Shown: positions 1 through 10,836, counted from the stretch's first letter. The stretch: 64,000 nt of DNA from an uncultured Nitrospiraceae bacterium (GCA_963705105.1 CAVPIW010000005.1:512001-576000); one strand, 5' to 3'. Notes: generated by a model from the letters alone, not told the origin. Translations and numbers: made by a program.

Positions 1-189
1 AAGATGCCTCTGAATACAACATATTTCCTGTTCAACAGGACGATCTTTTACAGGGAATTGGCCAAACTGGAGGAGGAGGTGAGAAAATCGCTCTCCTTCG
101 CGGGACCATACAGAAAGACGACGGCGGAGATGGTCCTCGCCATACTCGGGGAGGACCCGGGAGCTGTGCAATGTCCACCGTCATCATAG
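1..189 (+). CDS. 3' end of a hypothetical protein (partial, runs off window start)
   Basis: Open frame from position 1 to TAG at 187-189, overlapping the next start; no recognisable motif. Confidence 0.5.
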   Translation, partial: KMPLNTTYFLFNRTIFYRELAKLEEEVRKSLSFAGPYRKTTAEMVLAILGEDPGAVQCPPSS

Positions 190-692
190 ATGGCTACAAT
201 GTCATCGGCACCGACCACCGCGACGCGGAAAAGGTCCGCGAGGTCTTCGTCAGCCGCCTCATAGCGTACAGGAAGGCAACGGGTCACGACATCACCGTCG
301 TTTTTGACGCTTACAACAGGGGATCGCTCCGTGAGACCGCAACGGTCCGCGGGGGGGTGAAGGTCATCTTCACGCGCCATGGCGACAGGGCCGATGATGT
401 CATCAAGAGGATCATCGCCGACAAGAGCAGGGAGCGTATTGTCATCACCTCCGACAGGGACATCGAACACTTCGCTTGGTCGGCAGGCTCGATCCCCGTT
501 CCCTCGGACCTCTTCTCCGAAATACTGAAGGACCATGGGCGGGACCGTCAGTCCGGACAGGACGGAGGAGGATCCGCAGAGGAAACGCGTGACCCCGATG
601 AACCTGATTACGCCGGCAGCCGCCCCCGGGGGAATCCTCACAGAACGTCCAGGAGAGAAAAAGCGCTCAGGCGGGCACTGGGCAAATTGTGA
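171..692 (+). CDS. NYN-domain (YacP/Rae1-like) ribonuclease
   Basis: IIDGYNV, VVFDA, ADDVI and ITSDR acidic motifs typical of YacP-like NYN. Confidence 0.85.
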   Translation: MSTVIIDGYNVIGTDHRDAEKVREVFVSRLIAYRKATGHDITVVFDAYNRGSLRETATVRGGVKVIFTRHGDRADDVIKRIIADKSRERIVITSDRDIEHFAWSAGSIPVPSDLFSEILKDHGRDRQSGQDGGGSAEETRDPDEPDYAGSRPRGNPHRTSRREKALRRALGKL

Positions 693-1598
693 GTGTTCCC
701 TTTCGTGCAGAGGCATGGCAAACCCTCATACAGGGCTTCCGATGCGATTACCCTCGTCTTTTGCGCTTTTCTCATCGTCCTGACGGCGGCCTACTTCCCT
801 GAAATCCCCGCGTCAGGACCCCTTCTCCTGATCTACCTTTCACTCATCGTCTTTCAGGTCATTATCGTGCACATCAGTCCGCTCAATTCCTTCCTCTCCT
901 ACACGAGGGACATCATTTTCCCGGTCATCGCCGTCGTCATCCTCTTCGACAGCCTCGGCCTCATCGTCCATGCCGTCAATCCCCGTGACATCGATTACCT
1001 GCTCATACAGATCGACTACCTCCTGTTCGGCCTCTACCCGACGGTCTACCTGGAAAGGTTCGTCCATCCCGTCCTGACGGACATTCTCCAGATCGCCTAT
1101 TCCACCTATTATTTCCTGCCTGTCACCCTCGGAGTGATGCTGAAGCGCAAGGGCGAGCGGCAGGCCCTCGAGCGGACCCTGTTCACGGTTCTCCTCTGCT
1201 TCTATCTTTCCTACGCGGGCTATCTGCTCTTTCCCGCCTTAGGCCCTCGGTACGCGATGAACCACCTGCACGAGCAGGAATTGGGAGGATTCCTTTTCTC
1301 AGAAACGATCCAGAACATCCTCAACCTTCTGGAGGGAGTGAAGCGCGACGCCTTTCCGAGCGGGCACACGGCGATCGCCCTCGTCGTGCTGTACCTGTCA
1401 TACCGCTACGCGAGGACAGTCTTCCGTATGCTGCTCGTGCCTGTCCTGCTCCTGGTCGTCGCCACCGTCTACTGCAGGTACCATTATGTCATCGATGTCA
1501 TCGCGGGCGTCGTCCTCGCTGTTGTAAGCGTCATTTGCGCTGAAGTATACTATAAATTCGCCGCAGCCGGGAGGACGACGTCCCCGGGCGACCGGTGA
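693..1598 (+). CDS. PAP2-family membrane phosphatase/phosphotransferase
   Basis: Multiple TM helices; FPALGP, AFPSGH and RYHYVID motifs. Confidence 0.85.
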   Translation: MFPFVQRHGKPSYRASDAITLVFCAFLIVLTAAYFPEIPASGPLLLIYLSLIVFQVIIVHISPLNSFLSYTRDIIFPVIAVVILFDSLGLIVHAVNPRDIDYLLIQIDYLLFGLYPTVYLERFVHPVLTDILQIAYSTYYFLPVTLGVMLKRKGERQALERTLFTVLLCFYLSYAGYLLFPALGPRYAMNHLHEQELGGFLFSETIQNILNLLEGVKRDAFPSGHTAIALVVLYLSYRYARTVFRMLLVPVLLLVVATVYCRYHYVIDVIAGVVLAVVSVICAEVYYKFAAAGRTTSPGDR

Positions 1599-1891
1599 AA
1601 GACAGCGGGATGGATATGGACTTTCCCTATGTGAGGGTGAAAGACGGCATCGTCATCGATGTCAAGGTCGACCCGAGGTCGTCGAAAAAGGAGATAGCCG
1701 GTGTGACCGGAGGCCACCTCAAGGTCAGGCTCACGGCGCCGCCCGTCGGGGGAGCGGCCAATGAGCAGCTCATCGAGGTGCTCTCGGACCATTTCGGCAT
1801 ACGCAAGAGCGACGTAATAATCCTGAGGGGAGAAACATCGAGGTATAAAAGGGTGAAACTGGCAGGGGTGAATCCATGCTTCAGAGCATGA
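1595..1891 (+). CDS. yggU: DUF167/YggU family protein
   Basis: VKVDPRSSK, LKVRLTAPPVGGAAN, GETSRYK. Confidence 0.85.
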   Translation: MKDSGMDMDFPYVRVKDGIVIDVKVDPRSSKKEIAGVTGGHLKVRLTAPPVGGAANEQLIEVLSDHFGIRKSDVIILRGETSRYKRVKLAGVNPCFRA

Positions 1892-2724
1892 CTGGGTATG
1901 GCGCTGCAGAGCGTGATTGTTTCAAAGTCGAGGTGCGGTCCCTCAACCACAGGTATCTCGACATTTCGGTGAAAATGCCGTCCGTCCTGCTGGAGCACGA
2001 AATCCCGATACGGAACATGATTAAGGAGAAGTTCACGAGGGGCAAGTTCGATGTCGTCGTCACTCTGACGCAGACGCAGCAGGTCCGTGTCAGGATCAAC
2101 CGGGACATGGCCCGGGAGATATACGGCGCCATTTCGGCACTCCAGAAGGAGTTGAACATACCGGGCCATCTCTCCATGGATTTCATCGTCGCCTTCAAGG
2201 AACTCCTGTTGTCCGAAGAGGCTGCGTACTGCAGGGATACCCTCCTGAACGTGCTCAAGGAGACCCTTGTCCAGGTCGAGGAGATGAGGAGGAAAGAGGG
2301 GGCGCATCTGAGGCGGGAGATGGAAAAGAGCATCGACCGCCTCGAACATATCCATGGTGAGGTCAAGGAATTTGCAAAGGACCTCGGCCCCCGCCATCGG
2401 GAAACACTTCTCCGGAGGATTGCCGAACTGATGGAAAACCACGGCATCGATGAGACGAGGCTTGTCCAGGAGGTGGTCCTCATGGTCCAGAAGAGTGACG
2501 TTTCGGAGGAGATCGCCCGGTTCGCGAGCCATATAGAGCAGAGCAGACACCTCCTGACCTCCGGCGGCGGCGTCGGGCGAAAGTTCGACTTCCTCCTCCA
2601 GGAAATGAACAGGGAGACGAACACCATCGCCGCCAAGGTCGATGATTTCAGGATGATCAGTGCCACGACGGAGCTTAAGACGGAGATTGAAAAGCTCAGG
2701 GAGCAGGCCCAGAACATCCAGTGA
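1876..2724 (+). CDS. yicC: YicC-family endoribonuclease
   Basis: [41 protein letters not shown]. Confidence 0.95.
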   Translation: MLQSMTGYGAAERDCFKVEVRSLNHRYLDISVKMPSVLLEHEIPIRNMIKEKFTRGKFDVVVTLTQTQQVRVRINRDMAREIYGAISALQKELNIPGHLSMDFIVAFKELLLSEEAAYCRDTLLNVLKETLVQVEEMRRKEGAHLRREMEKSIDRLEHIHGEVKEFAKDLGPRHRETLLRRIAELMENHGIDETRLVQEVVLMVQKSDVSEEIARFASHIEQSRHLLTSGGGVGRKFDFLLQEMNRETNTIAAKVDDFRMISATTELKTEIEKLREQAQNIQ

Positions 2725-2746
2725 CGGGTTTGATCGGACAGGACTC

Positions 2747-3022
2747 ATGACCGTAAACAACCTCCTCGTCAACATCGGATTCGGCAATGTCGTCGCCGTT
2801 TCAAGGATCGTCGCCGTCGTCAACCCCGGGTCCGCCCCGGTAAGGAAGATGAGGGAAGAAGCCCGGGACAGGGGAAAAGTCGTCGACGCAACAGAGGGCA
2901 GGAAGACGCGATCCATCCTCATCACCGACAGCGATCACATCATCCTCTCGGCACTGCAGGTGGAGACCCTCGTTCAGAGGATAGCCGGACCGGAAGTGGG
3001 GGATCTCCGTGGCGGCGCCTGA
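2747..3022 (+). CDS. remA: DUF370/RemA family protein
   Basis: NIGFGNVV and [22 protein letters not shown]; conserved yicC-remA-gmk-rpoZ order; start moved to ATG 2747. Confidence 0.9.
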   Translation: MTVNNLLVNIGFGNVVAVSRIVAVVNPGSAPVRKMREEARDRGKVVDATEGRKTRSILITDSDHIILSALQVETLVQRIAGPEVGDLRGGA

Positions 3023-3635
3023 GACCAGGGGAACGCTATTCGTCGTCTCCGCGCCCTCCGGCGCCGGGAAAACGACGCTCTGCAGGAGGATTTGCGAGCT
3101 TCATCCGGAAATCGGGTTGTCCGTGTCGCACACGACGAGAAATCCCAGGCCGGGAGAGAAGGACGGCGCCGATTACGTCTTCACCGACAGCGCGGCATTC
3201 CGTCATATGATATCGGCCGGTGAGTTCCTCGAGTGGGCCGAGGTGCACGGGAACTTCTACGGCACCCCCCGGAGCGGCATCGACCGGATCACCTCATCCG
3301 GCAGGGACGTCATCCTCGATATCGACGTGCAGGGGGCCCGCCAGATCCGGCAGAACTACGGCAGAAGTACCCTCATTTTCGTCCTCCCGCCTTCGATGGA
3401 AACGCTCAGGAGCCGGCTCTTCATGCGGATGAGCGATTCCGAGTCGGTCATACGGAGAAGACTCGACAAGGCGAGGGAGGAGATCAGGCACTACCGCTTC
3501 TATGATTATGTTATAGTAAATGACATTCTTGATCACGCAGTGAAGACTCTCCAATCGGTCATTCTCGCCGAAAAGGCGCGGCAGGAAAGGATTGATCACA
3601 ACTGGGTGGAAGAGACATTTTTCCGGGAGGATTAG
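3009..3635 (+). CDS. gmk: guanylate kinase
   Basis: [36 protein letters not shown]. Confidence 0.97.
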   Translation: MAAPETRGTLFVVSAPSGAGKTTLCRRICELHPEIGLSVSHTTRNPRPGEKDGADYVFTDSAAFRHMISAGEFLEWAEVHGNFYGTPRSGIDRITSSGRDVILDIDVQGARQIRQNYGRSTLIFVLPPSMETLRSRLFMRMSDSESVIRRRLDKAREEIRHYRFYDYVIVNDILDHAVKTLQSVILAEKARQERIDHNWVEETFFRED

Positions 3636-3637
3636 GC

Positions 3638-4030
3638 ATGGACATCATTACGCTGCCGATTGAGCATGATAAGGAGAAGATCGAAAGCAAATACAGGCTT
3701 GTTGTCATTGCCGCACAGAGGGCGCGGGAGCTCTCTCTCGGCGCCGAACCGAAACTGCAGTTGAAGACCGGCAAAGTGACGACGACGGCCCTTCTCGAAA
3801 CCATTTCGAACGCCATCGAATTCATAACCGGCGATGAAGCGGCCGTCGCCCGCGAGCAGGCAGAGAAAATGGATTTCAAGAAAATGATCGAAGACAAGAG
3901 AAGGCCCATGGAGGACCTTTCGGACCTCGAGAAAGACCTCAAGGTCTATCTCCATGAGAAAGAGGCGACGGAAAAGGCGCTTGAAGAACTCTTCATCGAG
4001 GGAGAAGACAGGGAAGAGAGTGAGGAATAG
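3638..4030 (+). CDS. rpoZ: RNA polymerase omega subunit with acidic C-terminal extension
   Basis: SKYRLVVIAAQRAREL; position between gmk and coaBC. Confidence 0.92.
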   Translation: MDIITLPIEHDKEKIESKYRLVVIAAQRARELSLGAEPKLQLKTGKVTTTALLETISNAIEFITGDEAAVAREQAEKMDFKKMIEDKRRPMEDLSDLEKDLKVYLHEKEATEKALEELFIEGEDREESEE

Positions 4031-5214
4031 TGCTTGACCATAAGACTATTCTCCTCGGGGTGACGGGGAGTGTAGCCGCCTACAAGGCGATCGACATCGT
4101 CAAGGGCTTGAAGGAAGAGGGGGCCTCTGTTACCGTTATCATGACAGAGGCCTCGAAACGTTTTATAACACCTCTTTCGCTCGAGCTCGCTTCTGAATTT
4201 CCTGTCCACAGCGACATGTGGGAGCACCCCCTGTCGCACATCCGCCTGCCCTCCTCGGCCGATCTCTTTCTCGTCGCGCCGGCCACGGCGAACACGATCG
4301 GCAAATTTGCCGGGGGCTTGGGTGACGACCTTCTCAGCACCGCCATGCTCGCCTTCCGTGGTCCCGTCGTTGTCGCGCCGGCCATGAACTGGAGGATGTA
4401 TGAAAGCCCCGTTTTTCAGGAAAACCTGCGCCGGCTCCTGTCCGCGGGTGTGAAGACCGTCGGCCCTGAAAGGGGAAGTCTCGCCTGCGGAGAAGAAGGC
4501 ATCGGAAGAATGGCAGAAACGGAAAAGATCGTCGAGGCCGTCCGCCGGGCACTGACGCATCAGGATTTATCGGGCGAGCGCGTCCTCATCACCGCCGGTC
4601 CGACCCGTGAGTATGTCGACCCCATTCGGTTCCTGTCGAACAGGTCCTCAGGGAAAATGGGGTTTGCGTTGGCAAAGGTGGCCCGGAGAAGGGGCGCAGA
4701 GGTGATCCTCATCAGCGGGCCGTCCATTGCCGAGCCCCCCCCGGATGTCCGTCTCGTGAGGGTCGAAACGGCGAAGGAGATGTTCGGCGCCGTCATGGAG
4801 CATCTGGGCGAGGCGACGACAGTCATCATGGCGGCGGCGGTGGCGGACTACACGCCGGTGGTCACAGCGATGGCGAAGCTCGAAAAAACCGATGCGATGA
4901 CCCTGAACCTGACGAAAACCGATGATATTCTCGAGTCCGTCGGCAGGACCGAAGGCAGGCCGTTCACAGTCGGATTTGCCGCAGAGACAGGAGAGAAGAC
5001 CGGCCGGGCGAGGAAGAAACTCGGGCGCAAGCATGCCGACCTGATCGTCTTCAATAACGTCCTGAAGCCCGGGTCGGGTTTCGACGTCGATACGAACGAG
5101 GTCGTGCTGATCGACGCAGGCGGGGAAAAACGTCTCCCCCTGATGTCGAAGGAGCGGACGGCCGGCGCGATTCTGGACAGGGTGCGGGAACTGAAGGGCC
5201 ATGGACAGGAATGA
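4030..5214 (+). CDS. coaBC: bifunctional phosphopantothenoylcysteine decarboxylase/synthetase
   Basis: GVTGSVAAYK, PAMN, LACGEEG, ITAGPTRE, NRSSGKMG, GFAAET. Confidence 0.97.
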   Translation: MLDHKTILLGVTGSVAAYKAIDIVKGLKEEGASVTVIMTEASKRFITPLSLELASEFPVHSDMWEHPLSHIRLPSSADLFLVAPATANTIGKFAGGLGDDLLSTAMLAFRGPVVVAPAMNWRMYESPVFQENLRRLLSAGVKTVGPERGSLACGEEGIGRMAETEKIVEAVRRALTHQDLSGERVLITAGPTREYVDPIRFLSNRSSGKMGFALAKVARRRGAEVILISGPSIAEPPPDVRLVRVETAKEMFGAVMEHLGEATTVIMAAAVADYTPVVTAMAKLEKTDAMTLNLTKTDDILESVGRTEGRPFTVGFAAETGEKTGRARKKLGRKHADLIVFNNVLKPGSGFDVDTNEVVLIDAGGEKRLPLMSKERTAGAILDRVRELKGHGQE

Positions 5215-5716
5215 GTATATCGAAAAGCTGAAGGCGCGGCTCAGCGAGAAGCCTGACTCACCCGTCTTCCTTTCTCTCGCGGGGGAATACCGGAATCGCG
5301 GCGACATGTCCGCGGCGATGGAAACCCTCCTGAGCGGCGCCGGCAGGAGGCCCGACATGGTGAATGCCCGCCTGTCCCTTGCCGGGATGTACCTGTCCAA
5401 TGCCATGATCGGGGAGGCGAAGGCCGTGTACAGGGAGATCGTCGAAAGGGACCCCGGGAACATCGCGGCCTGGAGAGGACTCGGCCTGTCCCACATGAAA
5501 CTGGGTAGCGACAGGGAGGCCGCCGATGCCTTCAGGAACGTGCTCGCCCTTGATCCGTTCGATGAACAAGCGCGGAAATATGTCAGCACACCGGCGACGC
5601 CAGGGGAAAAGGAGCGTGTCGTCAATGACCTCAGGCGTTTTTCGGAAGCCCTCAGGCACCGCTTTACCGGCAGGGCCTCGTCGCGGCAGCACCCCGGCGC
5701 GTCCGGACCGGCCTGA
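5201..5716 (+). CDS. tetratricopeptide repeat protein
   Basis: TPR-like helical repeats (ARLSLAGMY, AWRGLGLSH, ALDP). Confidence 0.75.
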   Translation: MDRNEYIEKLKARLSEKPDSPVFLSLAGEYRNRGDMSAAMETLLSGAGRRPDMVNARLSLAGMYLSNAMIGEAKAVYREIVERDPGNIAAWRGLGLSHMKLGSDREAADAFRNVLALDPFDEQARKYVSTPATPGEKERVVNDLRRFSEALRHRFTGRASSRQHPGASGPA

Positions 5717-5740
5717 TCGGCCGCACTGCCGATGAATCGA

Positions 5741-5862
5741 CCTTGTTGTGTCATCGACCCCTGGGTTAAAACACTGCCTTTTGTAACTGCAACGGCATCG
5801 CCGCACCAGGGTTTTCGGCGCATACACCCTGACTTTCCTGAGGGGTACTGCAACGATAGGGT
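5741..5862 (-). repeat. MITE-like intergenic repeat copy (one terminus plus internal module)
   Basis: Reverse complement reads ACCCTATCGTTGCA...GTATGCGCCGAAAACC...GTCGATGACACAA, shared with other copies. Confidence 0.7.
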
Positions 5863-5868
5863 CAGTCG

Positions 5869-6933
5869 ATGAGCAGAAAAGAGCGTGTCCAGAGGGCTCT
5901 CAGGGCAAAAAAGCTCGACGCATTTCTCGTCACGCACATCAGAAACGTGGGGTACCTCACCGGTTTTCGCGGTTCCTCCGCCTTTGTCTTCGTGACCCGT
6001 GACAGGGGTTTTTTCTTCACCGATTTCAGGTACCGGGAGCAGGCGGAGCAGGAAGTCAGCGAATGGGAAATCGGCATTGAAAAGGGGAAAAGGGTCCAGT
6101 CGATACGCCGCCTCGTCGAAACGCTCGGCGTGAAGAGTATGGGCTTCGAATCGACCGTCGATTACGGGTTCGCGGAACGCCTGAGGGGATTGCCCGTCTC
6201 CCTGTTTGCCCGGCGCGATCTTGTGGAAGCGATGAGGAAGGTCAAAGACGACGACGAGATCGCACAGATACGGACAGCCGTGAGGCGCGCCGAATCGGCC
6301 TTCCTGCAGATCAAGCCGAAGATCAGGGTCGGGGTGACGGAAAGGGAAATAGCCCTGCGACTGGAAGACAGGTTGCGACGGGCGGGATGCGGAACCATCC
6401 CCTTTGAAGTGATCGTTGCTTCGGGAAAAAACTCGTCCATGCCTCACGCGAGACCGACGGACAAAAAGATAGAGGCCGGGGATTTTGTTATAATTGACTG
6501 GGGCGGCGAGTCCGATGGGTACTTCTCGGACATGACCAGAACGCTCCTCATGGATGGGGGTGATTTGTCCTTTTCCCGGAAGATCTATGAGATCGTCAAT
6601 ACGGCCAGGGAAAGGGCTGTCAGATCGGTCCGCGCCGGAGCGAAGTCGCGCGACATCGACAGGGAAGCAAGGGAGTACATCAGGGCGAAGGGCTTCGGCG
6701 AGTTTTTCGGCCACGGTACGGGGCACGGTGTCGGTCTCGACGTCCATGAGGGACCCCGCATTTCGCCCGTCTCGGCCGGGACTGTGTCCGAGGGGATGGT
6801 CTTCACGATCGAACCGGGCATCTACATACCGGGACGGGGTGGTGTCAGGATCGAGGACATGGTGCTTGTCAGGGGCGGGGCTGCCCAGACCCTGACGGGC
6901 CTCGGCAGGGCGCTCGAAATAGTGCGGTCATAA
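5869..6933 (+). CDS. Xaa-Pro aminopeptidase (M24 family)
   Basis: Creatinase-like N-terminus; SDMTRT, HGTGHGVGLDVHE, TIEPGIY, GVRIED. Confidence 0.95.
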   Translation: MSRKERVQRALRAKKLDAFLVTHIRNVGYLTGFRGSSAFVFVTRDRGFFFTDFRYREQAEQEVSEWEIGIEKGKRVQSIRRLVETLGVKSMGFESTVDYGFAERLRGLPVSLFARRDLVEAMRKVKDDDEIAQIRTAVRRAESAFLQIKPKIRVGVTEREIALRLEDRLRRAGCGTIPFEVIVASGKNSSMPHARPTDKKIEAGDFVIIDWGGESDGYFSDMTRTLLMDGGDLSFSRKIYEIVNTARERAVRSVRAGAKSRDIDREAREYIRAKGFGEFFGHGTGHGVGLDVHEGPRISPVSAGTVSEGMVFTIEPGIYIPGRGGVRIEDMVLVRGGAAQTLTGLGRALEIVRS

Positions 6934-6956
6934 CCCGCTGACGGGATACAGCATGG

Positions 6957-7024
6957 ACCCTGTCGTTGCATGAAAAGGCGGGGCGAAGCGCCGCCTTTCC
7001 CGAGGGTGTATGCAATGATAAGGT
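6957..7024. repeat. miniature MITE-like copy with both termini
   Basis: ACCCTGTCGTTGCAT...ATGCAATGATAAGGT terminal inverted repeats around AAAGGCGGGGCGAAGCG. Confidence 0.7.
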
Positions 7025-7053
7025 AGAGAAAGGACGTTTTCAGGAGGTGTTCA

Positions 7054-7614
7054 GTGATTACGACAGGTGATTTCAGGAGGGGAACGAAGATTGAGTTCAA
7101 GGGCGAACCATACGAGGTCATAGAGTTCCAGCATGTGAAGATGCAGCAGCGGGCCCCTATCGTGAGGACGCGGATCAAGAGCCTGAAGACCGGCAGGGTC
7201 CTCGAAGAGACCTTCTCGGCAGGCGAAAAATTCGAATCGCCCGGTCTCGAGGAAAAGGAGATGCAGTATCTCTATGCCCAGGACGACCTGCATTATTTTA
7301 TGGACACGGAATCGTACGAGCAGATCCCCCTCTCCGCAGAGCAGCTCGGCGACGCCAAAAAATTCATTAAAGAGAACATGAACGTTCGCATACTCTATTA
7401 CAAGGGTCAGCCCATGACCGTTGAGCCGCCCATGTTTGTCGAACTGGCCGTGGCGGAGACGGAGCCGGCCCATAAAGGGGATACGGCGTCAGGGGGAAAC
7501 AAGCCGGCGAAACTCGAAACCGGTGCAGTCGTCAAGGTCCCCTTTCACATTTCCATAGGCGACGTGCTGAAGATCGACACAAGGACATCTGAATACATAG
7601 AGAAGGTGAAATAA
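7054..7614 (+). CDS. efp: elongation factor P
   Basis: KGDTASGG-KPAKLETG, KIDTR-EY; AGGAGG RBS. Confidence 0.97.
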   Translation: MITTGDFRRGTKIEFKGEPYEVIEFQHVKMQQRAPIVRTRIKSLKTGRVLEETFSAGEKFESPGLEEKEMQYLYAQDDLHYFMDTESYEQIPLSAEQLGDAKKFIKENMNVRILYYKGQPMTVEPPMFVELAVAETEPAHKGDTASGGNKPAKLETGAVVKVPFHISIGDVLKIDTRTSEYIEKVK

Positions 7615-7703
7615 CCGATGATGCGCCCCGCCTTGGGAGCAAGTCATCAGGAGCTTTGCACCGCAACGGGGAGACGCGGATGCGGCGGGAAACGGAGGCC
7701 GTC

Positions 7704-8138
7704 ATGGAACTGAACGAATTGAAGGAACTCTTCGCCCTCCTGAAGGACACGGACATCTCGGAGTTCCAGATGGAAAAAGAGGGTGTCAAGATCAAGGTCC
7801 GCCGCGAGAGACTCTTCAGCCATCTCGGCGTTGAAAGACCGGGCTTCTTTGAGAAAATGGGCCTTCCGGAGGGGGAGATCAAACCGGAAGGGAAATTCGT
7901 CACCATCACATCGCCGATCGTCGGCACTTTTTACCGTGCGCCGGCACCCGATGCCGAGCCTTTTGTCGAGATCGGCTCGAGGGTCAAAAAGGGGCAGGTC
8001 CTCTGCGTCATCGAAGCGATGAAGCTTATGAACGAGATCGAGAGCGAAACGGACGGCGTGGTGGAGAGGATCCTCGTTGAAAACGGCCACGCCGTAGAGT
8101 ACGGGGAACCCCTCTTCATACTGGAGCCCCTGGAATAA
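7704..8138 (+). CDS. accB: acetyl-CoA carboxylase biotin carboxyl carrier protein
   Basis: SPIVGTFY, EAMKLMNEI biotinylation motif; GGAGG RBS before ATG 7704. Confidence 0.95.
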   Translation: MELNELKELFALLKDTDISEFQMEKEGVKIKVRRERLFSHLGVERPGFFEKMGLPEGEIKPEGKFVTITSPIVGTFYRAPAPDAEPFVEIGSRVKKGQVLCVIEAMKLMNEIESETDGVVERILVENGHAVEYGEPLFILEPLE

Positions 8139-8144
8139 CCTGCA

Positions 8145-9536
8145 ATGAAACTCTTCAAGAAGATCCTTGTCGCAAACCGCGGTGAAATAGCCCTGCGGAT
8201 CATCAGGGCCTGCAGGGAGCTCGGTATCAGGACCGTCGCCGTCTATTCCGACATCGAGCGCGACTCGCTCCATGTCCAGCTTGCCGACGAGTCCATCTGC
8301 ATCGGCCCTGCGAGCCCCGCCCAGAGCTACCTTCACATACCGGCAATCCTGAGCGCCGCCGAGATCACCGATTCAGGGGCGATCCATCCGGGCTACGGGT
8401 TCCTGTCGGAGAACGCCCATTTTGCCGAGGCCTGCGCAACCTCTGGCATCGTCTTTATCGGCCCCTCGCCGGAGAGCATCCGCCTCGGCGGCGACAAGGC
8501 GAAGGCCCGCCAGATCATGAAGAGGAGGGGTATTCCCGTGGTGCCCGGCAGCGAAGGGCCCATGCAGTCGGAGGATGCCGTCCTGAAGACAACCCGGAGG
8601 ATCGGGATGCCCGTCGTCCTGAAGGCATCGGCAGGGGGCGGCGGCAGGGGGATGAGAATAATCAGGGACGAGCAGGAGCTCTCTCAGGCCTTCCATATCG
8701 CCCAGCGGGAGGCCCTCGCCGCCTTCGGCAACGGCGAGCTCTATGTGGAAAAATACCTCCCCTCGATCCGCCACATCGAGGTCCAGATCATATCGGACGG
8801 AAAGGGCAACATCATTCACCTCGGCGAGCGGGACTGCTCGATCCAGAGGAGGCATCAGAAACTCGTCGAGGAAGCGCCGTCTCCCGTCGCCAGCGAGAAG
8901 TTCAGGAAGAAGATCGGCGAGTACGCCATCAAGGCCGCCAAGGCGCTGAAATACAAGAGTGCAGGCACCGTCGAATTCATCGTCGACAGCGAGCAGAACA
9001 TCTACTTCATGGAGGTCAACACGAGGGTGCAGGTCGAACACCCCATCACGGAGGAACTGACGGGTGTGGACATCGTGAAGGAGCAGATCAAGATCGCGGC
9101 AGGACTGCCTCTCTCGTACCGCCAGGGCCAGATCAAGGTGAGCGGCCACTCCATCGAGTGCAGGATCAATGCCGAAGACCCCGAAACCTTTATCCCCTCG
9201 CCCGGCAGAATCACCCTCTTCCTCAGTCCCGGCGGCCCGGGCACGAGGCTCGACACGGCGGCCTATCAGGGGTGGTACGTGCCATCCCAATACGATTCTC
9301 TCATCGCCAAGCTCATTGTCCGCGGGAGAAACAGGGAAGAGGCGATTGCACGGATGAAGAGGGCCCTCAGCGAGTTCAGGATTGAAGGCATCAAGACCAC
9401 CATTCCCTTCCACCAGAAGGTCTTCTGCCATCCCGAGTTCATCAAAGGCACCTACAATACCGAGTTTCTCGATCGCGTCATCGCGCCGGACAAGTCGCTC
9501 CCTCCGCCAGACACCGCACCTGTTGAGACCGAGTAG
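8145..9536 (+). CDS. accC: biotin carboxylase
   Basis: ANRGEIA, HPGYGFLSEN, GGGGRGM, RDCSIQRRHQK, EVNTRVQVEH. Confidence 0.97.
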   Translation: MKLFKKILVANRGEIALRIIRACRELGIRTVAVYSDIERDSLHVQLADESICIGPASPAQSYLHIPAILSAAEITDSGAIHPGYGFLSENAHFAEACATSGIVFIGPSPESIRLGGDKAKARQIMKRRGIPVVPGSEGPMQSEDAVLKTTRRIGMPVVLKASAGGGGRGMRIIRDEQELSQAFHIAQREALAAFGNGELYVEKYLPSIRHIEVQIISDGKGNIIHLGERDCSIQRRHQKLVEEAPSPVASEKFRKKIGEYAIKAAKALKYKSAGTVEFIVDSEQNIYFMEVNTRVQVEHPITEELTGVDIVKEQIKIAAGLPLSYRQGQIKVSGHSIECRINAEDPETFIPSPGRITLFLSPGGPGTRLDTAAYQGWYVPSQYDSLIAKLIVRGRNREEAIARMKRALSEFRIEGIKTTIPFHQKVFCHPEFIKGTYNTEFLDRVIAPDKSLPPPDTAPVETE

Positions 9537-10155
9537 ACTCAGCCCCCTCTGTTTCCTGACGGCCGAGACGGCTTCGACCGCCGACCTCATGGACACGGTC
9601 AGGAAGGTGCTCGACGGCGGCGTCTCATGGGTACAGTACCGCCAGAAGAACAAAGAGCGCAGGGCCATGTACGTCGAGGCCGAAGAGATGCGAAAACTGA
9701 CGGCGAGCTACGGCGCCTGCCTCGTCGTAAACGACTTCGCCGACATCGCCCTTGCCGTCGACGCCGACGGTGTGCACCTGGGACAGGACGACCTGCCCCT
9801 CCGGGAGGCGAGGAAGATCATGGGGACAGGAATTGTCGGCATATCCACCCACAGGCTCTCCGAGGCTATCGAGGCTGAAGCGGGCGGGGCTGATTACGTC
9901 GGCTTCGGCCCCCTCTTCCCGACGACGACGAAGGATGCCGGCGAACCGAAGGGCGTCCACGCACTGGAGTCCGTCTGCACTCAATTGCGTATCCCCGTCA
10001 TCGCCATCGGCGGCATCAAGGTCTCCCATGTGGAAGCCGTCTTCAGGGCAGGCTGCGCAGGGATCGCCGTCTCGTCGGGCCTCCTCTTCGGCGACATCAG
10101 GGAGACGGCCCGGGAGTTCATGTCCTGCATCGGTCGAACCGCCTCCATCAGTTGA
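9523..10155 (+). CDS. thiE: thiamine-phosphate synthase
   Basis: VQYRQK, VND, DGVHLGQDD, STH, PTTTK, AIGGI; start (TTG 9523) uncertain. Confidence 0.92.
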   Translation: MRPSRLSPLCFLTAETASTADLMDTVRKVLDGGVSWVQYRQKNKERRAMYVEAEEMRKLTASYGACLVVNDFADIALAVDADGVHLGQDDLPLREARKIMGTGIVGISTHRLSEAIEAEAGGADYVGFGPLFPTTTKDAGEPKGVHALESVCTQLRIPVIAIGGIKVSHVEAVFRAGCAGIAVSSGLLFGDIRETAREFMSCIGRTASIS

Positions 10156-10231
10156 CAAAGGACATTTTGTCCTGATACCCTGTAGCCTTGCCGGGACGAA
10201 TCCGGCTGCTTTTATGCGGACAGGAGGAACC

Positions 10232-10822
10232 ATGAACGTCCTTTGCGTGCTCGGGAGCCCCAGGCTCAAGGGAAACAGTGCCAGGATCGCGCAGCATTTC
10301 CTGCGAAGCGCCGAATTGCTGGGGGCGAAAACGCAGACATTCGCCCTGAACACCCTCATATACCGGGGCTGCCAGGCCTGTTACGCCTGTAAAAAGAAAC
10401 TCGACCGGTGCATGCTCGACGACGATCTCACACAGGTGCTCGACGCGATGAGGGAGGCCGACGTCATCGTGTTGACGACACCGATCTATTTCGGGGACAT
10501 CTCGGGACAGCTCAAATGTTTCATCGACAGGACCTTTTCCTTTCTCGTGCCCGATTTCATCACCAACCCGAATCCGAGCCGCCTTCCTGCCGGCAAGAAG
10601 CTCCTGTTCGTCATCACCCAGGGACAGCCCGATGAGGCCCTCTTTGCCGATGTCTTTTCCAAGTATGAGAGGTTTCTGAAATGGTTCGGGTTTTCGGAAT
10701 CCTTCCTCATCCGTGCCTGCGGCGTTTCGAAGCTTGATGACGTGGAGCACCGTGACGACATCATGAGGCAGGCGGAGGACCTGGCAAAGAAACTCGTGTC
10801 GGCCGAAAAGACGAAGGGATAA
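10232..10822 (+). CDS. iron-sulfur flavoprotein / NADPH-dependent FMN reductase family
   Basis: GSPR-GNS, CxxCxxC-x5-C, TPIYFG, KCFIDR; AGGAGG RBS. Confidence 0.9.
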   Translation: MNVLCVLGSPRLKGNSARIAQHFLRSAELLGAKTQTFALNTLIYRGCQACYACKKKLDRCMLDDDLTQVLDAMREADVIVLTTPIYFGDISGQLKCFIDRTFSFLVPDFITNPNPSRLPAGKKLLFVITQGQPDEALFADVFSKYERFLKWFGFSESFLIRACGVSKLDDVEHRDDIMRQAEDLAKKLVSAEKTKG

Positions 10823-10836
10823 AGGAGGTATGACCC

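Noticed and set aside
4648..6747. 699-aa minus-strand ORF and similar long ORFs (1627-2925, 8373-9668, 31645-33165, 43852-45216, 60073-61836)
   Set aside because: Antisense shadows of well-supported genes in high-GC DNA; no motifs
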